DNA of 32,000 bases, taken from assembly GCA_963850305.1 (NCBI GenBank), contig CAWKKR010000007.1, positions 127,522 through 159,521 of the forward strand, given 5' to 3'. Shown piece after piece: positions 18,783 through 26,770 of the stretch; position 1 is the stretch's first letter, and every line of letters begins with the position of its first letter. The notes under the pieces were generated by a model. It worked only from the letters and a program-made list of their open reading frames with translations. It was not told the origin of the DNA and did not search any database. The position numbers and the translations under genes are program-made. This stretch comes from an uncultured delta proteobacterium. Lineage in GTDB: Bacteria; Myxococcota_A; Polyangia; Polyangiales; Polyangiaceae.

Positions 18783-18843
18783 ATGGTCGACCGTGGGCGA
18801 CGTAGCCAGGACGAGCGCGGCGCGCGCGCTAGACTCTGGGCGC

Positions 18844-19495
18844 GTGGCGCGCAGGTTCATCTGGATGTCGGTGGCGGTCTGTTCGATCGCGTTCGCGGCG
18901 TGCGGCGGACGCGTTCTCGAATCGGGCGCGGGGGCGAGCGACGGGGGCGCGGGCGGTGACGGCGCGTTCGGCGGCTACGCGGGCAGTGACGACCTGCGAG
19001 CCTTGCCCGCCCACGACTTGTCCAGGGACGTTCTGCCCGCCCGGGCAATCTCCCGTGACGCCGCCCGGACAGTGCTGTCCGGTGTGCAGCGGCGTCAGCT
19101 GCGCGGCAGTGGACTGTGTGCCGGTTCCTTGCGGGCCCGGCTACGTTCCGGTCACCCCGGTGGGAGGGTGCTGTCCCGTCTGCACCGCGAGCACCGCAGA
19201 CGCGTCGGTCAACCAGTGCAACAACGACGCCTACCAACAGATGGTGGACAACCTGATCGCACAAACCGGCGCGACCAAGTGCACGACTGCCGGGGATTGC
19301 ACCATGGAGTCCTTGAACACCAACTGCCCGACGGCTTGCTCGACCGCCGTCAACTCCAGCATCGCGGACGAGCTACTCAAAGCCATTCAATCGAACCCGA
19401 GCTGCACCGGCTGCTATCCCCAGGACGACTACTGCCCGCCGTCGCCGTCGGCCGAATGCATCAACGGCTCGTGCGCCGCCGTCACGCCGCTATAG
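18844..19495 (+). pseudogene. Frameshifted Cys-rich lipoprotein with two VWC-like (CCPVC) modules
   Basis: A lipoprotein signal plus Gly-rich spacer (ARRFIWMSVAVCSIAFAAC/GGRVLESGAGASDGGAGGDGAFGGYAGS) is encoded in the frame of track ORF 18793-19530. The Cys-rich body (TTCEPCPPTTCPGTFCPPGQSPVTPPGQCCPVC ... CVPVPCGPGYVPVTPVGGCCPVC ... to the stop at 19495) is in the +1 frame (track ORF 18956-19495). The switch lies near 18980-18995. Confidence 0.6.
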
Positions 19496-19653
19496 GTTCC
19501 TCGAGCGTCCCGCGCTGCCCGACCGGGTGAGGCGAAGGCCGTCTTTTCCGGCGGCACCGAGCTTTCGGCGATCGAGTCCCTGGGCGCCCGAGCCGAGCCG
19601 CGACCTTTGCCGGCCCTCGCGTCTCGGCGCGTCGCTGACATCCTAGGATCTAC

Positions 19654-20010
19654 GTGGAGGCCGTCGGGCTCGCCACATTTCCGGACGGCGCGGTGATCTG
19701 CGGTCCACTCGAACAGCACCCCCCGAGCCCCAAGGCGACGGCCCTGAACCCGACGGTCCTGCTGGAGGTCACGAGTGATTCGTCGGAGGCGTACGACACG
19801 CGGGACAAGGTCGACTACTACACCACGATCCCGTCGCTCCGCGATTACGTCATCGTCTCGCATCGCGAGCGGCGCATCACGGTGCACCGGAGGTCCGCGG
19901 ATGGCGAGTGGGTCGCGCGGGTTGCGATCGCGCGAGGGCGTGTCCCGATCGAGAGCCTGAACGCGGAACTCTCGGTCGACGAGATCTACGCGAAGAGTTC
20001 CGTCGTCTGA
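19654..20010 (+). pseudogene. Uma2-family (DUF820) endonuclease, C-terminal fragment only
   Basis: PDGAVICGP...P.VLLEVTSDSSEAYDTRDKVDYYTTIPSLRDYVIVSHRERRITVHRR matches the C-terminal half of Uma2 restriction-endonuclease-like proteins. An in-frame stop at 19636-19638 leaves no room for the N-terminal half. Confidence 0.6.
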
Positions 20011-20047
20011 GGGCCGTGGAGCGGAGTTATCCTGGACGGGTACTCCG

Positions 20048-20785
20048 CTACGCGTCCCGCGGATCGATCCCCTTGGCGAGCGGGACGAGGAGTGCCTCGT
20101 AGGTGCCCGTGGGCGCCTTCACTCCCTCGTCGAGAATGTGGACCAGGAGCGCGCCGTCCTTCGACGACGCATCGACGGAAACGCGAACGGCAGTGCGCAC
20201 GTCGCCCGGAGGCGGGACCGCGACTCTCTCCTTGGGCGCTGCCTGCGCCGGAGCTGCGGCGCGCTCGGGTTCGGCCGAGGGCGGCGGTGGATGGCGTTCG
20301 CTGGGCGCTGCTTGCGATGTCGTGCGCGCGGGCGCTGGCTCGGAGCGTTCACCGGGCGGCACCCAGGGTTCGAGCGGCGCATTCGGGATGTCAAGGCCCG
20401 CGCCGGCGAGCTCGGTGACCGGGCGCGATGGCGCAGCCGAGGTGCGCGATGGCACGGTCGAGATGCGCGCGGGTGGCGGCGCCGATCGGACGGCCTGGAC
20501 GGGACGCTCGGCTGAAGGTGCCGACGTGGACGCGCGCTGGCTCGCGGGCGCCGGTGGTACCCGTGACGGTCGGAACTGGTCTTGCAGATCGGCAGCGGCG
20601 CGCGCGAGGGAGAGCGCGCGCATGTCGTCGCCTTGGGTCTCGGCGGCTTCCGCTGCACGCCGCACCCACCGGAGTGATTCTTGGAGATCACCGCGTCGCC
20701 AGAGCACCTGGGCCGTCTCGATGGCGACGGCGACGTCGCTCGGGTCGTTCTGGGCCACCTTCGGAAACTCGAAGCTCGTGTTCAT
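20048..20785 (-). CDS. Hypothetical protein with helical N-domain, long Pro/Ala/Ser-rich linker and small C-terminal domain
   Basis: ATG 20785 (MNTSFEFPKV...) is preceded by GAGGGA; the track start 20941 is less likely. The N-terminus is AIETAQVLWRRGDLQESLRWVRRAAEAAE..., followed by ~120 aa of low complexity and the C-terminus VRVSVDASSKDGALLVHILDEG. No family recognised. Confidence 0.55.
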   Translation of the reverse strand: MNTSFEFPKVAQNDPSDVAVAIETAQVLWRRGDLQESLRWVRRAAEAAETQGDDMRALSLARAAADLQDQFRPSRVPPAPASQRASTSAPSAERPVQAVRSAPPPARISTVPSRTSAAPSRPVTELAGAGLDIPNAPLEPWVPPGERSEPAPARTTSQAAPSERHPPPPSAEPERAAAPAQAAPKERVAVPPPGDVRTAVRVSVDASSKDGALLVHILDEGVKAPTGTYEALLVPLAKGIDPRDA

Positions 20786-21015
20786 GTTCCGATCCCTCGT
20801 TCTCGGACGCGCGGCGAGCACATCGCCCGCCGCGGCGCCGTCACTCTTCCCGCGTCTCACGACCTCGTCCTCGGTGCAACCTGTCCCCTGGTAAATCCCG
20901 TCCGTTCGCCGGAACAGGCGAGGCGCGCTGAAATTTTTCACCGGTACGCGGCCAGGGGACCAGCCGCCGCTCGTCCGGGCCAGCCGTGCGCTGAGTCAGG
21001 AAGACGACCGAGAGG

Positions 21016-21858
21016 TCACTGGTCGGCGCCGCAGTTCTTTTTGTAGAACCGAAACAGGGTATCGCCCCCCGTGTCCGCCGCCGGGGCGTCGCAACTCGAC
21101 AGGTGCAGCGTGCATTCGTACGCCCCCGGTGGGTTCCAGTAGTCTTCCACGGCGACGCAATCGCTCCGGGACTCGCATGCCAGGAGACAGTCCTCGAGGG
21201 TCTTGCCGGTGGCCGTCGCGGCGGCGTACGGAACGGCGTTCTCGCAGGTCTTGAAGTCGCCGATACTCTCGAACCGGCACGGCGACGTGGCGCTGGGCGC
21301 GATGCCGGGAAGGTCGTCGAACGCGAAGATGGCGTCCGACGGCGCCTGCGAACCGCACACGTACCGATACTCGAGGGCCGCGTCTTCGGGGTCACTGATA
21401 TCGGTCGACGGTGTACACGGCCCGTATGCCACGGCGCACCCGAAGTCGGGCGCAATCCACGTGTAGTCGACGATCGACGTGCAGCCGGTCGCAACGCAAT
21501 TTTGGGCGCATTCGACGCGAGTCTTGAATGCGAAATCGAGGCCGCTCCTGGTTTCCGCGCAGCGCTTCCAGAACCCCAGGGGTTCGAACCAGCACGACGC
21601 TCCCGGGCCGCCCTCGGGCGTGCTCCCACCGCCGCCGGTGACGCCGCCCGAAAAGCTGCCGCCGCTCTGCGACGCGCCGCCGGCGCTCACACCGCCGGAC
21701 GCGGCGGAATTGCCACCCGTGCTGGACGCGCCACCCGACGCGGTGGCGCCGTTCGCCGTCTCGGCTTGACCGCCGGATCCGTCGACCACCCGCCCCGCGC
21801 AGGCGACGACGAGCGAGCCCACGACAATCGACGCACCCCGACGATCCCATTGCACCAT
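21016..21858 (-). CDS. Lipoprotein with two tandem PAN/Apple-like Cys modules
   Basis: ATG 21858 (MVQWDRRGASIVVGSLVVACAG, lipobox-like). A G/S/A-rich spacer is followed by two homologous ~60-aa modules with matching Cys order and near-identical spacing (CWFEPLGFWKRC...VECAQNCVATGCTSIV...GCAVAYGPC and CRFESIGDFKTC...EDCLLACESRSDCVAV...YECTLHLSSC). Confidence 0.65.
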   Translation of the reverse strand: MVQWDRRGASIVVGSLVVACAGRVVDGSGGQAETANGATASGGASSTGGNSAASGGVSAGGASQSGGSFSGGVTGGGGSTPEGGPGASCWFEPLGFWKRCAETRSGLDFAFKTRVECAQNCVATGCTSIVDYTWIAPDFGCAVAYGPCTPSTDISDPEDAALEYRYVCGSQAPSDAIFAFDDLPGIAPSATSPCRFESIGDFKTCENAVPYAAATATGKTLEDCLLACESRSDCVAVEDYWNPPGAYECTLHLSSCDAPAADTGGDTLFRFYKKNCGADQ

Positions 21859-22211
21859 CTCTTCAAAGCCTAGCACTGCCATGAAAATAGAACGAGAAGG
21901 CGGTGGCGGCTTCACCCGCTTCCGGCGCGCGATGGAGACCCCGTTCAACATGGTGCTCACGTCGTCGGTCCCTTGCAGCCGTCGGTCCCGCACGTCGCGA
22001 GACAGACGCCCGCGATCGGTGCGCTCGCGCACGCAGCGACGAACGCCGCGGAGCCGCTCACCTTGCAAGCGCTGCCCGCAATGTTCGAGCACGATCCCGC
22101 GGAGCCGCATTCCGGGGACCGTCGAGTCGCGAAGAGCTCGCGTGCTTGCGGATTCGGCCGCCGCGTGAGTAGATACCGCATGATCGGCTCACCCGATCGA
22201 GAGACGCTCCG

Positions 22212-22976
22212 GTGACCGAGGGCATGCACGGCTCCCGGCGAAGATTCCTGGCGGACCTGGGCGGAGCGGGCGTGGCGGCGGGGGTCGGTGTCGGTCTCGG
22301 TGTACTCGCAAAGCGCGTCGCGCTCCGGCGGCGCGAGGACGCGGCGAGCCAGAACGGCGCTGCTGCGGGCACCGAGTGGGTGGAGGTCGAGGACACCCCG
22401 GTGGAAGATCTCATGCGCGAGCACGCAGTGCTCGAGCGGGTGCTCCTCGTGTACGAGGAGGGTGCCCGGCGGCTCGAAGCCGGCGTCGACCTCGCGCCGG
22501 AGACGCTCGCCACCGCCGGTGGGATCGTGCGTCGCTACATCGAGGACCATCACGAACGCGACGAGGAGACCCACGTGTTCCCTCGACTCGAGAAGATCGG
22601 CGCCGAGGTCGAGCTCGTCCGGACGCTGCGTGTGCAGCACGCGGCCGGCCGTCGCCTCACGAGCGACGTGATCGATCTCGCCACCGTCGGGGGCGTGCGG
22701 GAGCCTTCGACGCGAGCGCGGCTCGTCCAGTCGATGCGCCTCTTCATCCGCATGTACAGGCCGCACGCGGCGCGGGAGAGCACCGTGCTCTTCCCCGCCT
22801 TCCGCAAGGCCCTGTCGCGGATGGAGTACGAGGGGCTGCGCGCCGAGCTCGAGAAGAACGAGCGCGCGCAGTTCGGCGAAGACCTCTACGAGACCGTGCT
22901 CGAGCAAGTACGCGAGCTCGAACGGGCACTCGGGGTCGGGGAGCTCTCGGCCTTCACTCCGCCGGCAGGCGATTGA
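22212..22976 (+). CDS. Hemerythrin (HHE cation-binding) domain protein with twin-arginine signal
   Basis: The N-terminus GSRRRFLADLGGAGVAAGVGVGLGVLA is a Tat-type motif. The body carries DLMREH..LERVL, IEDHHERDEE..FP and ARE..LFP helices typical of hemerythrin-like four-helix bundles. The start is GTG 22212 or ATG 22224. Confidence 0.78.
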   Translation: MTEGMHGSRRRFLADLGGAGVAAGVGVGLGVLAKRVALRRREDAASQNGAAAGTEWVEVEDTPVEDLMREHAVLERVLLVYEEGARRLEAGVDLAPETLATAGGIVRRYIEDHHERDEETHVFPRLEKIGAEVELVRTLRVQHAAGRRLTSDVIDLATVGGVREPSTRARLVQSMRLFIRMYRPHAARESTVLFPAFRKALSRMEYEGLRAELEKNERAQFGEDLYETVLEQVRELERALGVGELSAFTPPAGD

Positions 22977-23850
22977 CGAGCACGCACGCGCGCGGCGAAC
23001 CCGAGTCGCACCAGCGCCGGAAAGCCTCTGCCATGGCGGGTGACTCGCCGTCCAGGCGTTCGACCTTCCGCGACACCCAGAGACAGGCGTCGAATGAGAG
23101 GAGCTCGCAGGCTGTCCGGTAACCCTCGGCGATCGTCGCCGGCTCCGCTCCTTCCGCCTCCTCTGCTCGCGCCAGCTTCAGGTGCGGGTACGGCGCGCCG
23201 GGAGCGAGCTCACACGCTCTTCGATAGAGCGCGACGGCTCCTGCCCCGGTGCGATGGTCGCCCTCCTGTTCGCATGCTGCCGAAAGGCCGAGAGCGCACG
23301 CCTTCGCCTCCTCGACGGCCGCCCCGCGGGGGTTCCACGCGACACCGAAGCCGGAGGAGTGGACGCGGCTCGCGCCGAGGCAGCTCTCGCTGTCGTCCTT
23401 TCTGCACGCATCGAGGTAGAGCGCGAGGGCCCGTCTCATCCTCGCGCGCGCCAGGGGGATCACGTCGGCCCCGGCGCTCCCTTCTTCCGCCTCCTCACGC
23501 AGCGTCTGCGCCAGCTCCTCGCAAGCGAACGCGTCGTGCTTCAGCATGCAGCCGACGTCGATCTCGAACGCTTCGTAGTCCGAATAGCGCTTCGCCCAGG
23601 GCTGGGCGCGAGAGCACGCGCTTCGGAGACCGCCCTCGCAGGCGAGCGCAAAGTAGAGGCCGGCCTCCTCCGGATACCGGCTCCGCAGCTCGCCTCGTTC
23701 GAGCAGGTCGCCGAGCCTCTCGCAGCTCCCGGGGTTCGAGGCGCGGACGCAGGCGTCGTCGAGCGTCGCGTGCTCGCCTGGGGCCGCAGGTGCCATGAAG
23801 CCGAGCGCGAAACCCGCGAGCGCGACGATGACGAGGCGCGAGGCACGCAC
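22954..23850 (-). CDS. Secreted Sel1-like / Cys-rich repeat (Hcp-like) protein
   Basis: A signal peptide (MRASRLVIVALAGFALGFMAPA) is followed by repeated A.AC..G...(A)C helical-pair units (ALACEGGLRSAC, FACEELA, LDACRKDDSESC, ACALGLSAACE, YRRACELA, TACELLSFDAC, WCDSGSPRAC), as in Sel1-like Cys-bracketed repeats. It starts 13 nt downstream of the phosphoesterase gene. Confidence 0.68.
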   Translation of the reverse strand: MRASRLVIVALAGFALGFMAPAAPGEHATLDDACVRASNPGSCERLGDLLERGELRSRYPEEAGLYFALACEGGLRSACSRAQPWAKRYSDYEAFEIDVGCMLKHDAFACEELAQTLREEAEEGSAGADVIPLARARMRRALALYLDACRKDDSESCLGASRVHSSGFGVAWNPRGAAVEEAKACALGLSAACEQEGDHRTGAGAVALYRRACELAPGAPYPHLKLARAEEAEGAEPATIAEGYRTACELLSFDACLWVSRKVERLDGESPAMAEAFRRWCDSGSPRACVLVNRLPAE

Positions 23851-23863
23851 GAATATGCGCGCC

Positions 23864-24877
23864 TCAGGGAACGTTGCACGCCTTGGAGGAGGCCGGCGCC
23901 CCGCTCGTGGCGGCCGTCTCGAAGTGATACCCGTAGGAGCCCGCGTAGAGCCCGAGCTTCAGGACGCCGTTGATCGGCGAGGCGCGCGACGCCACGAGTC
24001 TCGACGCGTCGATGTTCGACAGGGGAGGCTGTACCTGGCCGCGCCCGCCCGAGCCCACCGTGAAAAGCTTGGCGCCGACCGACGAGTAGTTGCCGCTGCC
24101 GTCGAGCTTCTCGAACTCCTCGTACACGTGCACGTGCCCCTGGAGCACGATGTCCGCCTTCTGGGCGATCGCTGCGGTCCAGATCGGTGCCACGCCGGCG
24201 GCCCAGGGCTCGTTGTCGGCGTCGCTGCTGAACATCGTGCTCCACCGCGCGGTGTGCATCGCGACGATCACGCAGCCGTGGCCGCCGTGGTTGGTCCTCC
24301 ACGTGCTGATCTCGCTCTCGAGGGTGGTGCCCTGCGCCGAGCATGACTGCTCTGCGCAATTGAGGCCCGTGTTGACGACGACCAGGAGCCAGCCGGGGGT
24401 GATCTCGTACGAGTACGAAAAGTCGTACGTGGCCACGCCGTTGTCGCCGGTGATCGCGGAAAACTTGTGGTTACCGGCGGCGTTGTTGCCGTTGAACATG
24501 GCGAAGGGCTGTTGCCCGCCCGTGCCCGCGACGCTGTTGAACTCGTGGTTTCCCATGACGGGGAACGTGCGCGACGCCCAGCTTGCCCAGGGGTAGTTGC
24601 TCGCATAGGGTGCGGCGTAGGACATGTCGCCCACCGCGATGAGCTTCACGGCCGAGTTGCTGGCGATCTCCGTCTGCACGATGCCCTTGGTGGAGCTCGT
24701 CGCCGAGAAGTCCCCGTCGACGAGGAGCGTCGCGGCCGCCGTGACCGCCTCGACACTCTCGCCCACACCGTCCCCCGCTTCGCTGCCGGCGGAACTGCCG
24801 TCGCCCGAGCAACCGATGGCAGCGAGAGCGAGCGAGGTCAGGATGCCGAGGCGGCAGCACATCGTCTGGTTCGTCAT
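23864..24877 (-). CDS. Metallophosphoesterase (calcineurin-like) lipoprotein
   Basis: Lipobox LALAAIGC. Phosphoesterase motifs GDMSY, GNHEF, MHTARWS and GHVHVYE appear in canonical order. Confidence 0.8.
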   Translation of the reverse strand: MTNQTMCCRLGILTSLALAAIGCSGDGSSAGSEAGDGVGESVEAVTAAATLLVDGDFSATSSTKGIVQTEIASNSAVKLIAVGDMSYAAPYASNYPWASWASRTFPVMGNHEFNSVAGTGGQQPFAMFNGNNAAGNHKFSAITGDNGVATYDFSYSYEITPGWLLVVVNTGLNCAEQSCSAQGTTLESEISTWRTNHGGHGCVIVAMHTARWSTMFSSDADNEPWAAGVAPIWTAAIAQKADIVLQGHVHVYEEFEKLDGSGNYSSVGAKLFTVGSGGRGQVQPPLSNIDASRLVASRASPINGVLKLGLYAGSYGYHFETAATSGAPASSKACNVP

Positions 24878-24983
24878 GTCGAATCCTTTCCGGATACGCG
24901 CGGATGACCGAGCACGCTATCTCGCCCCGGTGACACGTCCGTGTCGCGAGCGTGGATAAATCGTCTCCACTGCGGTTCGCGAG

Positions 24984-25328
24984 TCAGGGAGTGCAGGGGC
25001 AGCAGTAGAAAAGCTCGTTGGACGGCGTGGGAATTGGGATTACGGAGCAGTTTAGAGAGCTGTCCGGTTCGGGGATTGAACCGAACGTGGCGCTCGCTCT
25101 GCACGTAATCGATGGAGGCCCAGCGGAGTCGGGAGCGCCGACGTCGCCGAACATATCGGCGATCACCTTGTTGCCGACGCCCTGCTCCTTCAGCTCGCGG
25201 ATCAGATCCGTGAACACCTGGTTCGCCGTGTGAGCGAGGGGCGCGCGTCCGCCCGTCGCCGTGGCCAGCTGCGCGATGAGCACGGTCGTCTGTCGGACGA
25301 TCGAGTCGATGAGCAGATCCGGATTCAT
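24984..25328 (-). pseudogene. Truncated gene: only the first ~60 aa of a conserved (regulator-like) protein remain
   Basis: MNPDLLIDSIVRQTTVLIAQLATATGGRAPLAHTANQVFTDLIRELKEQGVGNKVIADMFG looks conserved and has high GC3. After about nt 25145 the frame runs into lower-GC sequence with poor codon usage (…SIPEPDSSLNCSVIPIPTPSNELFYCCPCTP). Confidence 0.4.
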
Positions 25329-25340
25329 GCCCTCGAACGA

Positions 25341-25553
25341 TTACACGACGCCGCCCCGGGATGCGGAGTGTCCGTTTTTGCACCCCTGCGCCCATACGCT
25401 CGGCACCGCATGAGCGGTAACGAGCGCGTCGCGCGTCACGATCGCTCGCGCCACGATGATGGTCTCGCCAGCGCTCGCCCGTTCGACCAGCTCCGGCAGG
25501 TGCGCTTTCGCTTCGGCGACGTTGTACACACTGGGCTTCGTTCGAAGGGTCAC
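25341..25553 (-). CDS. Phd/YefM-type antitoxin-like protein, possibly degenerate
   Basis: From GTG 25553: VTLRTKPSVYNVAEAKAHLPELVERASAGETIIVARA... matches the antitoxin N-terminal consensus (v.eAKa.L.eLv.r...GE...I.r.). The usual GKPVA.LVP segment after it is not recognisable. No recognisable toxin gene follows. Confidence 0.5.
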   Translation of the reverse strand: MTLRTKPSVYNVAEAKAHLPELVERASAGETIIVARAIVTRDALVTAHAVPSVWAQGCKNGHSASRGGVV

Positions 25554-25598
25554 GCAACCCAGCGTACCAAGCTGACCAGGCGCGGGCGGCCTCGGTGG

Positions 25599-25627
25599 GG
25601 CGGCGGCGGCGGCGGCGGCGGCGGCGG
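25599..25627. repeat. (GGC)9 trinucleotide microsatellite
   Basis: Uninterrupted ggcggcggc... run, read directly. It lies ~46 nt upstream of the antitoxin-like start and produces the poly-Ala/poly-Gly stretches in track ORFs 25341-25724 and 25230-25676. Confidence 0.9.
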
Positions 25628-25724
25628 GCGTATCCAGATGATCACGGCGGCAGCGACGGCGCCGGTTTGCAACTGACGAGTAGCGCATCGCGAGCGTCGT
25701 CCGAGTACGACGCCCCTTGCCCAC

Positions 25725-26324
25725 TCAGATCCCGAAGCCAAACGTGAGATCGAACGAAGCGAACCAGCTCGGGACGTCGGAGCGCGAGAGCGGCGCGAAG
25801 TCCGAGTAGTCGTCCTGGACGTCACTCGCTGCTGCCAGTAGCGCGATTCCGGGACCCGTCGCAAACCGGAACCCGCCGCGCGTGACGAGCTCGTATTCGA
25901 GAGCCAGCTGGACCCAGTAGGCGCGCTCGCTCACGGACGATTGATCGCCCGTGATGAGCGGGTAGCGGAATCGACCCGATGCAAACGCAATCGTGGAGTC
26001 GAACGCATGCGCGATGTTGCGCTCCTCGAGCACCGCCAGCCGGTAACGGACGAGCGCCGCGACCTGGACGGGCCCTGGAATACTGCCGCCCCCGAGCCAG
26101 CTCGCGCCGACGCCGGCGCCCACCGCGACGCGTGACCCGAGGTTGTACTCCACCACGCCGCCGAAGCCGCCGACCGGCGTCCCCACGCCGAGCATCGCGT
26201 TGAAGGTGAGCGGCCTGCTCGTGAAACGAACCGGCTCCGCTGTCCCGGGCGTGGCCGGCGCGGCAAGGATGGCGGGAGCGAAGAGGAACGCGGCTCCGCA
26301 CAGGCATCGAGCGACGCGCCTCAT
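25725..26324 (-). CDS. Small outer-membrane beta-barrel protein (OmpW/opacity-like class, family not resolved)
   Basis: Signal peptide MRRVARCLCGAAFLFAPAILAAPA. Alternating hydrophobic beta-strand pattern with Gly-rich turns. C-terminal FDLTFGFGI with an aromatic near the terminus, typical of OMP beta-signals. Confidence 0.65.
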   Translation of the reverse strand: MRRVARCLCGAAFLFAPAILAAPATPGTAEPVRFTSRPLTFNAMLGVGTPVGGFGGVVEYNLGSRVAVGAGVGASWLGGGSIPGPVQVAALVRYRLAVLEERNIAHAFDSTIAFASGRFRYPLITGDQSSVSERAYWVQLALEYELVTRGGFRFATGPGIALLAAASDVQDDYSDFAPLSRSDVPSWFASFDLTFGFGI

Positions 26325-26518
26325 CGGGGTCGCCTTCTAGCATCACCGCCGTCGCCGCCGTCGGTCAATCCCGCGTCCACCCGGAACGTCGAACCAGCCT
26401 CCGCACCAGCATCATCTGGACCAGCATCGGTCGTGCCGGCGTCGACCTCCGGGAAGAAGCACTCGGCGTCGGTCGACGTGGAAACGCAGTACGCGCCGGG
26501 GAACGAATGAGATCTCAA
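26321..26518 (-). CDS. Possible small acidic protein upstream of the OMP gene
   Basis: 65-codon ORF with a TTG start. Its stop overlaps the OMP ATG (ATGA at 26321-26324). The first half has good GC3 and the D/G/A-rich second half does not. Weak support. Confidence 0.2.
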   Translation of the reverse strand: MRSHSFPGAYCVSTSTDAECFFPEVDAGTTDAGPDDAGAEAGSTFRVDAGLTDGGDGGDARRRPR

Positions 26519-26770
26519 AATGTACCGGAAATCCCCGTCCCTGACGGCCCGGGGCCGTCGTGGACGGCGGGGAGCGGCGGGTCGACGAAGGGGACGGCTT
26601 TGCTTCTCCTGGCCTCAGGATTTCACAATATAATGCAATCGCCGACGCTACGCTGACGAGTGTGAGCACCCTCGAAGTCGTCCAAAGCCGAGCGACCGAG
26701 ATTCGCGCGATTGCTGCGGCACATAGGTCGCGAAGATCGTCCACACCATCCTTTGAAACGAGGCTCCGTG

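Noticed and set aside
25061-25090. A tRNA gene at the T-arm-like hairpin
   Set aside because: Only a T-arm-like stem-loop is present, and its loop is one nucleotide too long. I could not build an acceptor stem, anticodon arm or CCA context from the flanks.
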